From Acidilobaceae archaeon (lineage in GTDB: Archaea; Thermoproteota; Thermoprotei_A; Sulfolobales; Acidilobaceae), in NCBI GenBank assembly GCA_038824665.1, contig JAWBBK010000002.1, positions 1-50,354 of the forward strand: a stretch of 50,354 nucleotides of DNA. Direction: 5' to 3'. A program made the translations under genes and the position numbers. Positions within the stretch are counted from its first letter, which is position 1. Each line of letters opens with the position of its first letter. Under the pieces are notes generated by a model, which did no database searches, was not told where the DNA came from, and worked only from the letters and a program-made list of their open reading frames with translations. This document shows positions 8,592-17,682 of this stretch, in pieces.

Positions 8592-9068
8592 CTAAGTCTT
8601 CTCTTTCCTTTGCTCTACTAGCGCTATTGACTCAAAGACTTTAACGATATCCGTTACGCTGAGTACAGCAGCTTCATGAAGAGGTAGTAGAGCTACTTCT
8701 CCTTTTTCAAACGTTCTTCCTCTTATCTTAACGTCAGTTAAAAATTGAACTACGACTAACTCATTCCATGTGACTAAAAAACCAGCTATGTATTTAGAGT
8801 AAACGTTGAGAACTTTCTTCAGTATATCGAAAAGCTGTTGGTCTAACCCTTTGTAGTCTTTAGACTCCATAAGGTCTTCAACTCTTATCTTAGCTGTTTT
8901 CTCAGCAGCTTTAGAAACAAGAGAGACGTAGTTCTCACAGAACTCGTCAAGCTGTCTACAGTATATAGAGAGCGTTCTTCTAGCTTCTTTAACGTTATCT
9001 AGAGTTAAAGATTCATGCATTCCTGAGATAGCTCTATAAATACCTCCTGCTGGAACTCTTTCACTCAA
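8592..9068 (-). CDS. GINS complex subunit Gins15 (Gins51)-like
   Basis: Helical A domain plus C-terminal B-domain-like VQFLTDV..FEKGEVALLP..A.VL; conserved pcn-priS-gins15 order. Confidence 0.6.
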   Translation of the reverse strand: MSERVPAGGIYRAISGMHESLTLDNVKEARRTLSIYCRQLDEFCENYVSLVSKAAEKTAKIRVEDLMESKDYKGLDQQLFDILKKVLNVYSKYIAGFLVTWNELVVVQFLTDVKIRGRTFEKGEVALLPLHEAAVLSVTDIVKVFESIALVEQRKEKT

Positions 9069-10134
9069 TTCTTATCTCTCCTCTTAAAAGCTCTACAACT
9101 CCTTTGCTAGCTAAAAGCACAGCTATAGGAGCTTCAAGCTCTACCTCTTCTCCTGCTCTTAGCTCTACCTCTTCTCCTAAAATCTTTATTGAAGGTATGT
9201 TGTCTTTAGCTTTAACTAGAGCTTCGCCTCGAAAAGGCGATAAGTGTGGTCCGATAACGAAAACGTTTTCGTTGATCTCAGTTACGAGAAGAGAGGCTTT
9301 GCCATTAAGGCTTCCTCTAAGTCTAGATAACCTCGTAGGGTCTCTAGTCACTTGTTTGTCTATAGGAACTCGAAGTTCAGCAACTAAAGACTCAATAAAA
9401 GAAAGGTCACGAACAGCTTGGAGAAGCCCTCTCTCTTTTAGCTCAGCTCCGATCCAGCCTCTCCAACCAAGGTCTTCAGGAGAGATCACGAGCTCTCCTT
9501 TAATGTTTCCTCTTCTACCTCTTGTCATTAAAACGACTTTAGTTACGTCAAAACCTTCAGCCATCACGTAAGAAGCTATCTCTTCTCGTTCTTCTTTGCT
9601 CATATCTAGATAGCGTTCAGAAGAGACCAACACGTGAAAGCCTCTATTTCCTGTGAAGTAGATCGTCGATTCTATCCCTAGATCTCGTTTAAGCATAGCT
9701 GAGACTCTTTGAGCTAACTTAAAGCCTATATACAAACAAGAGTCATCAACTAACGGGTCATCGCCTATCCTAATGGATTGACAGTCAGGAACGGCGTCTG
9801 AGTCTATATCGAAAAGCAGCTCTGACCCTCTCCAACCTTTTTCCTCCATAGACTTAGCGTCAGGAAAGTTGTAGAGAGCTACAGAGTAGTAGGCATGTTT
9901 AGGAGCTTTATCTGCAAGATATTTCAAAAGCTCTTTTTCAGACCTGAAAGACAAATGTCTTACATAAGACTCTTTTTCAAATAGTTGGAAAGCGAACTCT
10001 CTCATAGATATATGAGAAGGAGGTTTGACCTTAGGTTTATGTGTATAATAAGCTTTGTAAAGGAGCTGTAAGGTCTTAGCGTCACCTTTCTTAATCTCTA
10101 CTATCGTTTCTTCATTCAACTCTCGGTGAAACAT
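9061..10134 (-). CDS. priS: DNA primase small (catalytic) subunit
   Basis: REFAF, YYSVALY, ELLFDID, FTGNRGFH and ID.QVT.D.TRLSR motifs. Confidence 0.95.
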   Translation of the reverse strand: MFHRELNEETIVEIKKGDAKTLQLLYKAYYTHKPKVKPPSHISMREFAFQLFEKESYVRHLSFRSEKELLKYLADKAPKHAYYSVALYNFPDAKSMEEKGWRGSELLFDIDSDAVPDCQSIRIGDDPLVDDSCLYIGFKLAQRVSAMLKRDLGIESTIYFTGNRGFHVLVSSERYLDMSKEEREEIASYVMAEGFDVTKVVLMTRGRRGNIKGELVISPEDLGWRGWIGAELKERGLLQAVRDLSFIESLVAELRVPIDKQVTRDPTRLSRLRGSLNGKASLLVTEINENVFVIGPHLSPFRGEALVKAKDNIPSIKILGEEVELRAGEEVELEAPIAVLLASKGVVELLRGEIRIE

Positions 10135-10870
10135 AAAATGTCAGCCTGCCTCCTCCCATATATTCTAAATCGACTCTTATCGGAGCTTCGTTAGCGTATT
10201 GAATGCTAACTATATCGGCAGCTTGTGAAGCTGTAGCCATATACGTGAAGTACTCTAACGTGTAACTGGATTCATCAAGACTTTCAGCTTCATATTCTAT
10301 TAGAGACTGTTTGTCGAGAGAAAGTTCAACTTCTCCCTTCATGACGTCGCTACTGCCTATCACTATCAACACGTCTTCTCTAGCTTTGAACTTTATGCTA
10401 TCTCCGATTTTTTCTAGAGATTTGATCACGTCTCTAAAAACGCTGCTAAGCATCTTAGCTCTCACAGTGAAGCTAACTTTAGGCTCTGGAAGCTTATCGT
10501 AAAGGAGATTTATAGTTGGGATAGAGAACTTCCTAATCCCTCTACCTAAAAAGCTTATGTTGAGATTGTTCTCTTCTAACTCTATAGCTAGCTCGTCTTC
10601 TTTACCTCCTCTTCTCAAAACTTTAGTCAATGTTTCGAAAGACACTCCGATCTCTATCTCGTCTTTTTTAACTTCGTACTCTATGAAAGCAGAAGCGGGA
10701 TAAAAGAGGTCTACCATAACTACGTGACTCGGGTCTAGAGCTCTCAACTTTAATCCTTCTCTGCTCGCTATGAAAACGCCTTCATCTAAGACTTTCTCGA
10801 TGCTAGACAAGATGTATCTCCAAGTCCTAGCGTCTTTGAAGTGCATTTTGAACAAGCTCTTCACTCTCAC
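10112..10870 (-). CDS. pcn: DNA polymerase sliding clamp PCNA
   Basis: LRALDPSHVVMVDL, SSYTLEY and LTFYVSPRVE motifs. Confidence 0.96.
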   Translation of the reverse strand: MRVKSLFKMHFKDARTWRYILSSIEKVLDEGVFIASREGLKLRALDPSHVVMVDLFYPASAFIEYEVKKDEIEIGVSFETLTKVLRRGGKEDELAIELEENNLNISFLGRGIRKFSIPTINLLYDKLPEPKVSFTVRAKMLSSVFRDVIKSLEKIGDSIKFKAREDVLIVIGSSDVMKGEVELSLDKQSLIEYEAESLDESSYTLEYFTYMATASQAADIVSIQYANEAPIRVDLEYMGGGRLTFYVSPRVE

Positions 10871-10940
10871 TTTCTATACGGTTCATCGAACCTATAAGGT
10901 ATTCACCTCGAGCAGAGAAGAAAAGCTCTCGGGCTAACTG

Positions 10941-11999
10941 GTGGAGTGTGAAGAGCTAAAAGACGCTTCTTACGAGATAGATATGAATTTTCTGTTCAAA
11001 ACGCTGAAAGAAACGAAAGCCGAGAGAGTAGTATTACAACTACCTGATGGTCTTAAACATCTCTCTCCTCTTTTAGCTTCATGTATCAAGAGAGCTCTTG
11101 GAGAAAGAACAAACGTCTACGTTTCAGGTGAAGGAGTTTATGGAGCTTGCGACCTAGACTTAGAAGTCCTTGAGAACACCATCAGACCTGACCTAATAGT
11201 TCATATAGGTCATACGCCATATCCTTCTTGGCTTTGCTCTAATTCGATTAGATCACGAGTAGAAAGAGCTAAGGTCATTTACGTTCCAGCTTTTAGCAAA
11301 ATCCCTATAGCTGAGAGCTTGCTCGAAGAGGCTTTAAACATAGTGAAGTCTTACGAAGCTAAGAAGATAGGTCTTGTAGCTGTCTTACAACACATCAACA
11401 AGCTCAGAGACGTTGAGAAGTTCTTTAAAGCTAGAGGGCTAGAACCTATAGTGCCTCAAGGAGTACCTCCTTATCTTTTAGACGGTCAGATCATAGGCTG
11501 TGAATATGGAGCTGTATCGGGATTAGAGGTAGACGTCTTTCTTTATTTAGGCGGAGGACTGTTTCATCCGATAGGTCTATACTTAACGGTTAAGAAGCCA
11601 GTGATTAAGATAGACCCTCATGAAGCTAAAGTTGTTGACGTCACTCCTATAGGAGTTAAGTATTTCAAAATCCGTCTCTTCAAGATCCAACAAGCTATGA
11701 GCGCTAAGAGATGGGCAGTAGTGATAGGAACTAAGACCTGTCAGTACAGAGATCAACTGGTAGAGTCTATCAGAAGACTGTTAGAAGAGAAGAACAAAGA
11801 GTATCTTCTCATAATAGCTGGAGTGCTTAACTTAGAGAGGATAGCGGCTATAGACAACTCTTGGATAGAAGCCTTTGTGGTGACTAGCTGTCCTAGATTG
11901 CCTATAGATGACTTATGGGAGTATCATAAGCCTGTTCTAACTCCAGGCGAGATGCGCATAGCTCTCACAGGAGCTCTTGAGAGCTATTCAATAATTTGA
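10941..11999 (+). CDS. dph2: Diphthamide biosynthesis enzyme Dph2
   Basis: LQLPDGLK, YGACD, GQIIGC, GGLFH, TSCPRLPIDD and LTPGE motifs. Confidence 0.95.
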   Translation: MECEELKDASYEIDMNFLFKTLKETKAERVVLQLPDGLKHLSPLLASCIKRALGERTNVYVSGEGVYGACDLDLEVLENTIRPDLIVHIGHTPYPSWLCSNSIRSRVERAKVIYVPAFSKIPIAESLLEEALNIVKSYEAKKIGLVAVLQHINKLRDVEKFFKARGLEPIVPQGVPPYLLDGQIIGCEYGAVSGLEVDVFLYLGGGLFHPIGLYLTVKKPVIKIDPHEAKVVDVTPIGVKYFKIRLFKIQQAMSAKRWAVVIGTKTCQYRDQLVESIRRLLEEKNKEYLLIIAGVLNLERIAAIDNSWIEAFVVTSCPRLPIDDLWEYHKPVLTPGEMRIALTGALESYSII

Positions 12000-12073
12000 A
12001 ATATTAAAAACGCTTCAAGCTTCTTCCTCTTTTAAAGTCTCTAGGTTACAAGAGAGGTGGAAGGTGGTTTTGA

Positions 12074-13048
12074 ATGAGTTCTATAGCTGAGATCTTGTGG
12101 GTTGAGAAGTACAGACCTAGAACTCTAGATGATATAGTCAATCAGACAGAAGTGATTTCAAGGCTTAAGCTGTTTGTGAAAGAAAAGAATATGCCACATC
12201 TTCTTTTCGCAGGTCCGCCGGGTACAGGCAAGACGACAGCAGCTCACGCTTTAGCTCACGACCTTTTTGGAGAGGACTACAGACAACACATACTTGAGCT
12301 GAACGCTAGCGATGAAAGAGGTATCAACGTGATCAGAGAGAAAGTGAAAGAGTTCGCGAGAAGCAGAGCTCCCGAAAAGGTTCCTTTCAAGATAATCATC
12401 TTAGACGAGGCAGATAACATGACGAGTGATGCTCAACAAGCTTTAAGGAGATTGATGGAACTCTACTCTGGAGCTACGAGATTCATATTGATAGCTAACT
12501 ATCCATCTAAGATCATAGACCCTATACAAAGCAGATGTGCGTTCTTTAGATTCACCTCGCTTAAAAGAGAAGACGTTGTTAGCAGACTCAAATATATAGC
12601 CGATAGAGAGGGAGTGAGCTACGATCACGAAGCTCTAGACGTCATATATGAGATAAGCGAAGGAGATATGAGAAAAGCCATAAACATTCTGCAAGCAGCT
12701 GCTGCTTTAGGTAAAGTCACAGTTGATTCGGTCTTCAAAGTAGTAGGTATGGCTAAACCTAAAGAAGTTAGAGAGATGATAAAAATAGCTTTAGGAGGCG
12801 ACTTCACATCAGCTCGTAACATGTTGAGAAAACTGATGTTAGAATACGGTCTTAGCGGTGAAGATGTAGTGAAACAAATCCATAGAGAGATATTTGGACC
12901 AGATATAAACATACCTGAAGAGCTGAGAGTTCTCATAGCCGATTACTTAGGTGAAATTCAGTTTAGGCTTGTAGAAGGAGCAGATGAAGACGTTCAGCTC
13001 TCAGCTCTACTAGCTTGGTTAGCGCTTTTAGGAAGGAGGCTAAGCTAA
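12074..13048 (+). CDS. rfcS: Replication factor C small subunit (no intein)
   Basis: WVEKYRP, GPPGTGKT, ELNASDERG, LDEAD, IQSRC and GDMRKAIN motifs. Confidence 0.98.
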   Translation: MSSIAEILWVEKYRPRTLDDIVNQTEVISRLKLFVKEKNMPHLLFAGPPGTGKTTAAHALAHDLFGEDYRQHILELNASDERGINVIREKVKEFARSRAPEKVPFKIIILDEADNMTSDAQQALRRLMELYSGATRFILIANYPSKIIDPIQSRCAFFRFTSLKREDVVSRLKYIADREGVSYDHEALDVIYEISEGDMRKAINILQAAAALGKVTVDSVFKVVGMAKPKEVREMIKIALGGDFTSARNMLRKLMLEYGLSGEDVVKQIHREIFGPDINIPEELRVLIADYLGEIQFRLVEGADEDVQLSALLAWLALLGRRLS

Positions 13049-14482
13049 ATGCAGAAAAGCTCGTTGCCTTGGGTGATCAAACACAGACCTAAGAGAATAA
13101 ACGAGGTAGTAAACCAAGAAGAGGCTAAAAAGACCCTCATCTCTTGGATAGAGGAGTGGCTATCAGGCAGACCTCCTAAACAAAAAGCCGCTTTACTTTA
13201 TGGACCTCCTGGAATCGGAAAGACTAGTCTTATCGAAGCTATAGCTGACGAATTCGATCTTCAAGTGTTAGAGTTGAACGCTAGCGATTATAGAAGGAAG
13301 TCCGATATAGAGAGAACTGTAGGGATAGCGGCTAGTAAAAAGTCGTTGACTAAACGAGGTCTCATAATCTTAATGGACGAAGTAGATGGAATCAATCCAA
13401 AAGCAGACGAAGGAGGTTTGGAGACTCTTATAGAGATCATCAAAAGAACTCGAAACCCTATAGTGATGACAGCTAATGATCCATGGAAAGAAAGTCTTAA
13501 GACGTTAAGAGACGGGAATCTTGTCTTGATGGTTGAATTCAAAAGCCTTAAGATCTCAGACATAATGACACTTCTTCAAAGAATATGTGATGAGGAGAGA
13601 CTTCAGTGTGATGGAGAAGCTCTTAGATACATAGCGGAAAAAAGCGAAGGAGACGCTAGAGCGGCTATCAACGACCTACAGGCTTTAGCTGAAGGTTATG
13701 GAAAGGTGACTATAGACCTAGCGAGGCTATTGATTAGAGGTAGAGAGAAAAGCATAGACATATGGAGAACTCTTAACTCGATAATTTACGCTGATAAGTC
13801 ATGGAAAGCGAAGAGCGCTGTAGCTCAAAGCGAAGTAGATTATGAAGAACTCTTGCTCTGGCTTTCTGACAACGTTTCTAAAAAGTACACAGACCCCTTA
13901 GACCTTTTTAGAGCTCTAGATGCTCTCAGTAGAGCCACAATACATTTAGCGAGAGCGAAAAGAACAGGAGAATGGAGCATGCTTTCATACGTCTTCGATA
14001 TGATGGGACCTGGAGTAGCTTTGGCTAAGTCTTCTAGCTCGAAGATCTCGCCTTCTAAATACGCTTATCCTGAAAAGCTGAAGCTTGCAGCTCAATTAAA
14101 GAACGTGAGAGAAGTTAGAGAAAGGTTAGTTGAACACCTCTCTTATAGAATGCTGGCTTCGAAGAAGCTCATAAAATCTGAAGTTCTTCCGTTTTTATTC
14201 ATAGTATTCAGAAACGTGGAGTCTTCTCTTGTTGCAGCTAGACTAGCTATAGGCTATGGTCTAGATATGGAGAAGATAAAGTTGCTAGCTGGTCCTAACG
14301 CTGAGAATGTGATAAACGCTATAGAGAAACTGAAGAGAGCTCGTGAAACGCCTCAAGTTAAAAAACCTCAACAAACTCAACCTAAGCCTAGCTCTAAAAC
14401 AGGTGAAGAGAAGAAGTCTGAAGAGAAAGAGAAGAAGGGAGAGACCAAGTTCAAAGGGTTAGACTTCTTCCTTAAAGACTAG
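13049..14482 (+). CDS. rfcL: Replication factor C large subunit
   Basis: PWVIKHRP, GPPGIGKT, ELNASD, DEVDG and GDARAAINDLQ; C-terminal PIP-box-like LDFF. Confidence 0.96.
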   Translation: MQKSSLPWVIKHRPKRINEVVNQEEAKKTLISWIEEWLSGRPPKQKAALLYGPPGIGKTSLIEAIADEFDLQVLELNASDYRRKSDIERTVGIAASKKSLTKRGLIILMDEVDGINPKADEGGLETLIEIIKRTRNPIVMTANDPWKESLKTLRDGNLVLMVEFKSLKISDIMTLLQRICDEERLQCDGEALRYIAEKSEGDARAAINDLQALAEGYGKVTIDLARLLIRGREKSIDIWRTLNSIIYADKSWKAKSAVAQSEVDYEELLLWLSDNVSKKYTDPLDLFRALDALSRATIHLARAKRTGEWSMLSYVFDMMGPGVALAKSSSSKISPSKYAYPEKLKLAAQLKNVREVRERLVEHLSYRMLASKKLIKSEVLPFLFIVFRNVESSLVAARLAIGYGLDMEKIKLLAGPNAENVINAIEKLKRARETPQVKKPQQTQPKPSSKTGEEKKSEEKEKKGETKFKGLDFFLKD

Positions 14483-14793
14483 TTGTGAACTTAGAAACAG
14501 CTCTTAAACATAGTTTTAAGAAAGACGCTATCCAAAATAGACCTCGATACGTTCAATCTCGTGTTGACTAGAGTTCATAGAAGAGACAGATCAGAAATAC
14601 TTCGATCTGATTTTATTCATAACTATAATGTTTGCTTTCTGAAAGAGTTCGAGACGATCTTATCGGAAGGCGTATCAAAAGGCGAGGAGAAAGATAAAGA
14701 TTACTAGCTAAGAAGGCTAACGTCAACTAGCGAAACTCTCATTTCACTTAATGCGTTTTTAAACATATGGTTTCAGAAGCTGAGACAAGAAAG

Positions 14794-15240
14794 CTATATA
14801 GGAGACTTTAGTTTAGACTCGACTCTAACTTCTTCGATCTTAGTAGTTGGATACTGTCCTCTTTCGTCTTTTTCATACTTTTTTACCATGTCCCAAACAA
14901 CTAAAAGAGCAGCAGTAGCTCCAGCTAGAGCTTCCATTTCTACACCGGTCTCAGCTTTAGACCTAACGGTAACCGTTACCTCCACATAGTTTTCACCATA
15001 GGAGAAGTCGACGCCAACGTAGCTTACTGGAATTGGATGACAAAGAGGAATTAGCTCAGGGGTCTTCTTTACAGCTAGTATTGCAGCTACAGAAGCTACG
15101 CTCTCTACGTCTCCTTTTTCCACTTTTTTCTCTTTAATCAACTTGACTGTTTCAGGTTTTAGGACTATCTTACCGCGAGCTATAGCTTCTCTAAAACTAA
15201 TCGGCTTTTCTGAGACGTCGATCATAGAGGCTTTAGTCAC
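14794..15240 (-). CDS. moaC: Cyclic pyranopterin monophosphate synthase MoaC
   Basis: MIDVSEK, LIPLCHP, TGVEMEAL and WDMVK motifs. Confidence 0.97.
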   Translation of the reverse strand: MTKASMIDVSEKPISFREAIARGKIVLKPETVKLIKEKKVEKGDVESVASVAAILAVKKTPELIPLCHPIPVSYVGVDFSYGENYVEVTVTVRSKAETGVEMEALAGATAALLVVWDMVKKYEKDERGQYPTTKIEEVRVESKLKSPI

Positions 15241-15250
15241 ATCTCTACCC

Positions 15251-16306
15251 TCATTTCGCTTCTAGCACTGCTATGCTCTTAGAGTCTTTGACTCTTAGAG
15301 CTAAAGTCTCGCGTATTCTGTAAGAGTACTCTCCGTTCTCAGGACCTAGAAACTCGATTTCTCCATCAGCTCCGACTACTAAATCTAAAGCTGCAGGATT
15401 AACGGAAACTAAGAGCACCTCGTTCTCAACTTCAGGGACTAAGACTACTTCTCCTACTAAAGCTCTTAATCTCTCTATTTCCATAACGCCAGTCTTCTCA
15501 TGAACAGCAACAAGCTTAGAATAAGTAGAAGGACCTACTATCAACACGAATGGAAGTGAAGCTCCTTCTTTAAAGAGATGCGCTAAAGCGTTCACTACGT
15601 CTTTTACGGCTTCTCCAGGAACGTCCCAATCTCCTCTAACCAATTTGATCTTTGCTCGTTCTTTAAGACTGTTTACTATTAAAGAGTTCTCTTTTCTAGC
15701 TAGCTCGATAGCGGCTTTTAGAGCTTCGTCTATGTAGAGCTGTGCTCCAGTAGCTTTAGAAAGGTCGAGAGAAGCTTTTGAGATCTTGAACTTCTCTGAG
15801 ACCTCTATGAGAGGCAATAGGTCTTCTTGACTTGAAGATCTAGGCACAGCTAGAACTCCTAAAGGCACTCTGACTACGCTTATGTGTTTTCTGAACACTC
15901 TTAGCTCTTCTAAAGCCTTTCTTGTTCTGTTTTCGATCTCCTTTACTAAGCCTTCAGGATCGATAGCGTTAAGAGTTGAGATCTCAGAGTTCTTAGGAGG
16001 ATCAATAGAGTTAACGGTTTTCAACCCTAAGATCTCAGAAGCTTCTTTAAAGCCTTCATAAAGCTCTTTGGCCTGTTCTTCATCAACTTCTTTAAGAGCT
16101 GCTAGAAACTCTCCTAGATGTGTTTTCTCCTCTCTAGCTACGTCGAGAAAGAGCTTCTTTAATCTCTCATCTCTTATAGCTTCAGCGAACTGTATGTACG
16201 TGTTTATCGCGTCTAGCTCAGCGATTATAGAGACTCTCAAAGCTTCAGCGATTCTGGTCTTGGATAAATCGCTTTCTCTAGACTCAAGAGGATGACGTGC
16301 GAACAC
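15251..16306 (-). CDS. Ferritin-like protein-Family 1 encapsulin fusion (PfV/linocin M18-like)
   Basis: N-terminal AELDAINTY...DVAREEKTHLGEF ferroxidase-type helices. C-terminal encapsulin motifs: AAIELARKENSLI, W..PGEAVKDV, PFVLIVGP..Y.KL, LDLVVG.D, RETLALRVKD. Confidence 0.9.
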   Translation of the reverse strand: MFARHPLESRESDLSKTRIAEALRVSIIAELDAINTYIQFAEAIRDERLKKLFLDVAREEKTHLGEFLAALKEVDEEQAKELYEGFKEASEILGLKTVNSIDPPKNSEISTLNAIDPEGLVKEIENRTRKALEELRVFRKHISVVRVPLGVLAVPRSSSQEDLLPLIEVSEKFKISKASLDLSKATGAQLYIDEALKAAIELARKENSLIVNSLKERAKIKLVRGDWDVPGEAVKDVVNALAHLFKEGASLPFVLIVGPSTYSKLVAVHEKTGVMEIERLRALVGEVVLVPEVENEVLLVSVNPAALDLVVGADGEIEFLGPENGEYSYRIRETLALRVKDSKSIAVLEAK

Positions 16307-16398
16307 GCTTACACCTTGTCGTTAGTCTGTATTATAATCCTTAAAGTTTTTTCCGTTACCAGCTTAATTAAGGTCTAGCCGTATCCGATTTCTTCTAG

Positions 16399-17682
16399 GT
16401 GCTTCAGACCTTGACCTCTTCCAGTGGCTTCAAAAAGCTCAAAAGCTTAACCGAAGTAGTTGAAGAAACAAAGCGATGGATAACTCACAGACCAACAGCA
16501 ATTGAAGTCTCTCTAGAAAAGGCTTTAGGTAAAGTGTTAGCTGAAGACATAACGGCTCCTTTCAACCTTCCTGTTTGTAAGAGAAGTCTTGTTGACGGTT
16601 ATGCTGTTCATAGCGTAGATACTGTAGGCTCTGGTCTCTATAAACCAGCTAGGTTGAAGCTCGTAGGCTTCATCAAAGTTGGCGATAAGCCGAACCTAAA
16701 GCTAGGCTCTGGAGAAGCTGTAGAAGTATCTACAGGAGCCTGTTTGCCTGAAGGAGCTGATGCAGTAGTTATGTATGAACACTCTCGCAGAGTCAGCGAG
16801 AAAGAGATAGAGATCTATGCTCCTGTCGCTCCTGGGTCCAACGTCTCAGTAATTGGTGAAGACTTCAGAGAAGGAGAGACGTTACTCAAAAAAGGCGTTA
16901 GACTATTGCCTTGGGACTTAGCTATAATAGCGGTTATGGGCATTAAGAAAGTCAAAGTTTACGATCTCAGAGTTGCGATATTGAGTATAGGTAACGAGTT
17001 GGTAGAACTAGAGAACGTAGAGAACCCTCTTAAAGTCTACAGTGAAGGCAAAGTGATAAACACGAACAGGTTCGCCATAGCGGCTATGGTTGAAAGACTG
17101 GGCTTCACTCCTGATTACTTAGGGCTTCTCCCAGACGACGAGAGTGTGGTGTCTGAGACAGTAGCTAGAGCTCTTAGAACTCACGATGCTGTGATCACTC
17201 TTGGTGGAGCTTCAGTAGGTAGAGTCGACGTCACTGTTTCTGCTGTTTCGAAGCTCAAACCTGAATACTTAGCGCATGGAATTCTCATAAGACCCGGTAG
17301 AGCTAATAGCGTAGCTGTAGTAAACGGCAAACCGGTCTTTATGCTTAGCGGGTTCCCTGTAGCAGCTATAGTAGGCTTTGAGGCTATAGTTGAGCCAGTT
17401 CTCAACTATATGGTGGGAGCTCGAGCTGAAGTCAGACCTACGCTTTCAGGAACTCTTTTGAGAAGAGTTACAACACCTTATAACATGAGGAGCTACGTTA
17501 GAGTAAGGGTGTTCAGAGGAGAAGACGGCAAGATATATGTTGAACCGCTGGCAGTTACAGGAAGCGGAGTGTTGAGTACTTTAGTTAAAGGCAATGGTCT
17601 ACTCATAGTTCCTGAAACTCGAGAAGGATATGATGAAGGAGATCTGGTTGAAGTAGTTCTTTATAGAGGTGTAGAGGAGTGA
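16399..17682 (+). CDS. moeA: Molybdopterin molybdenum/tungsten transferase MoeA
   Basis: RSLVDGYAV, TGACLPEGADAVVM.E, SIGNEL, GGASVG and SGFP motifs. Confidence 0.95.
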   Translation: MLQTLTSSSGFKKLKSLTEVVEETKRWITHRPTAIEVSLEKALGKVLAEDITAPFNLPVCKRSLVDGYAVHSVDTVGSGLYKPARLKLVGFIKVGDKPNLKLGSGEAVEVSTGACLPEGADAVVMYEHSRRVSEKEIEIYAPVAPGSNVSVIGEDFREGETLLKKGVRLLPWDLAIIAVMGIKKVKVYDLRVAILSIGNELVELENVENPLKVYSEGKVINTNRFAIAAMVERLGFTPDYLGLLPDDESVVSETVARALRTHDAVITLGGASVGRVDVTVSAVSKLKPEYLAHGILIRPGRANSVAVVNGKPVFMLSGFPVAAIVGFEAIVEPVLNYMVGARAEVRPTLSGTLLRRVTTPYNMRSYVRVRVFRGEDGKIYVEPLAVTGSGVLSTLVKGNGLLIVPETREGYDEGDLVEVVLYRGVEE

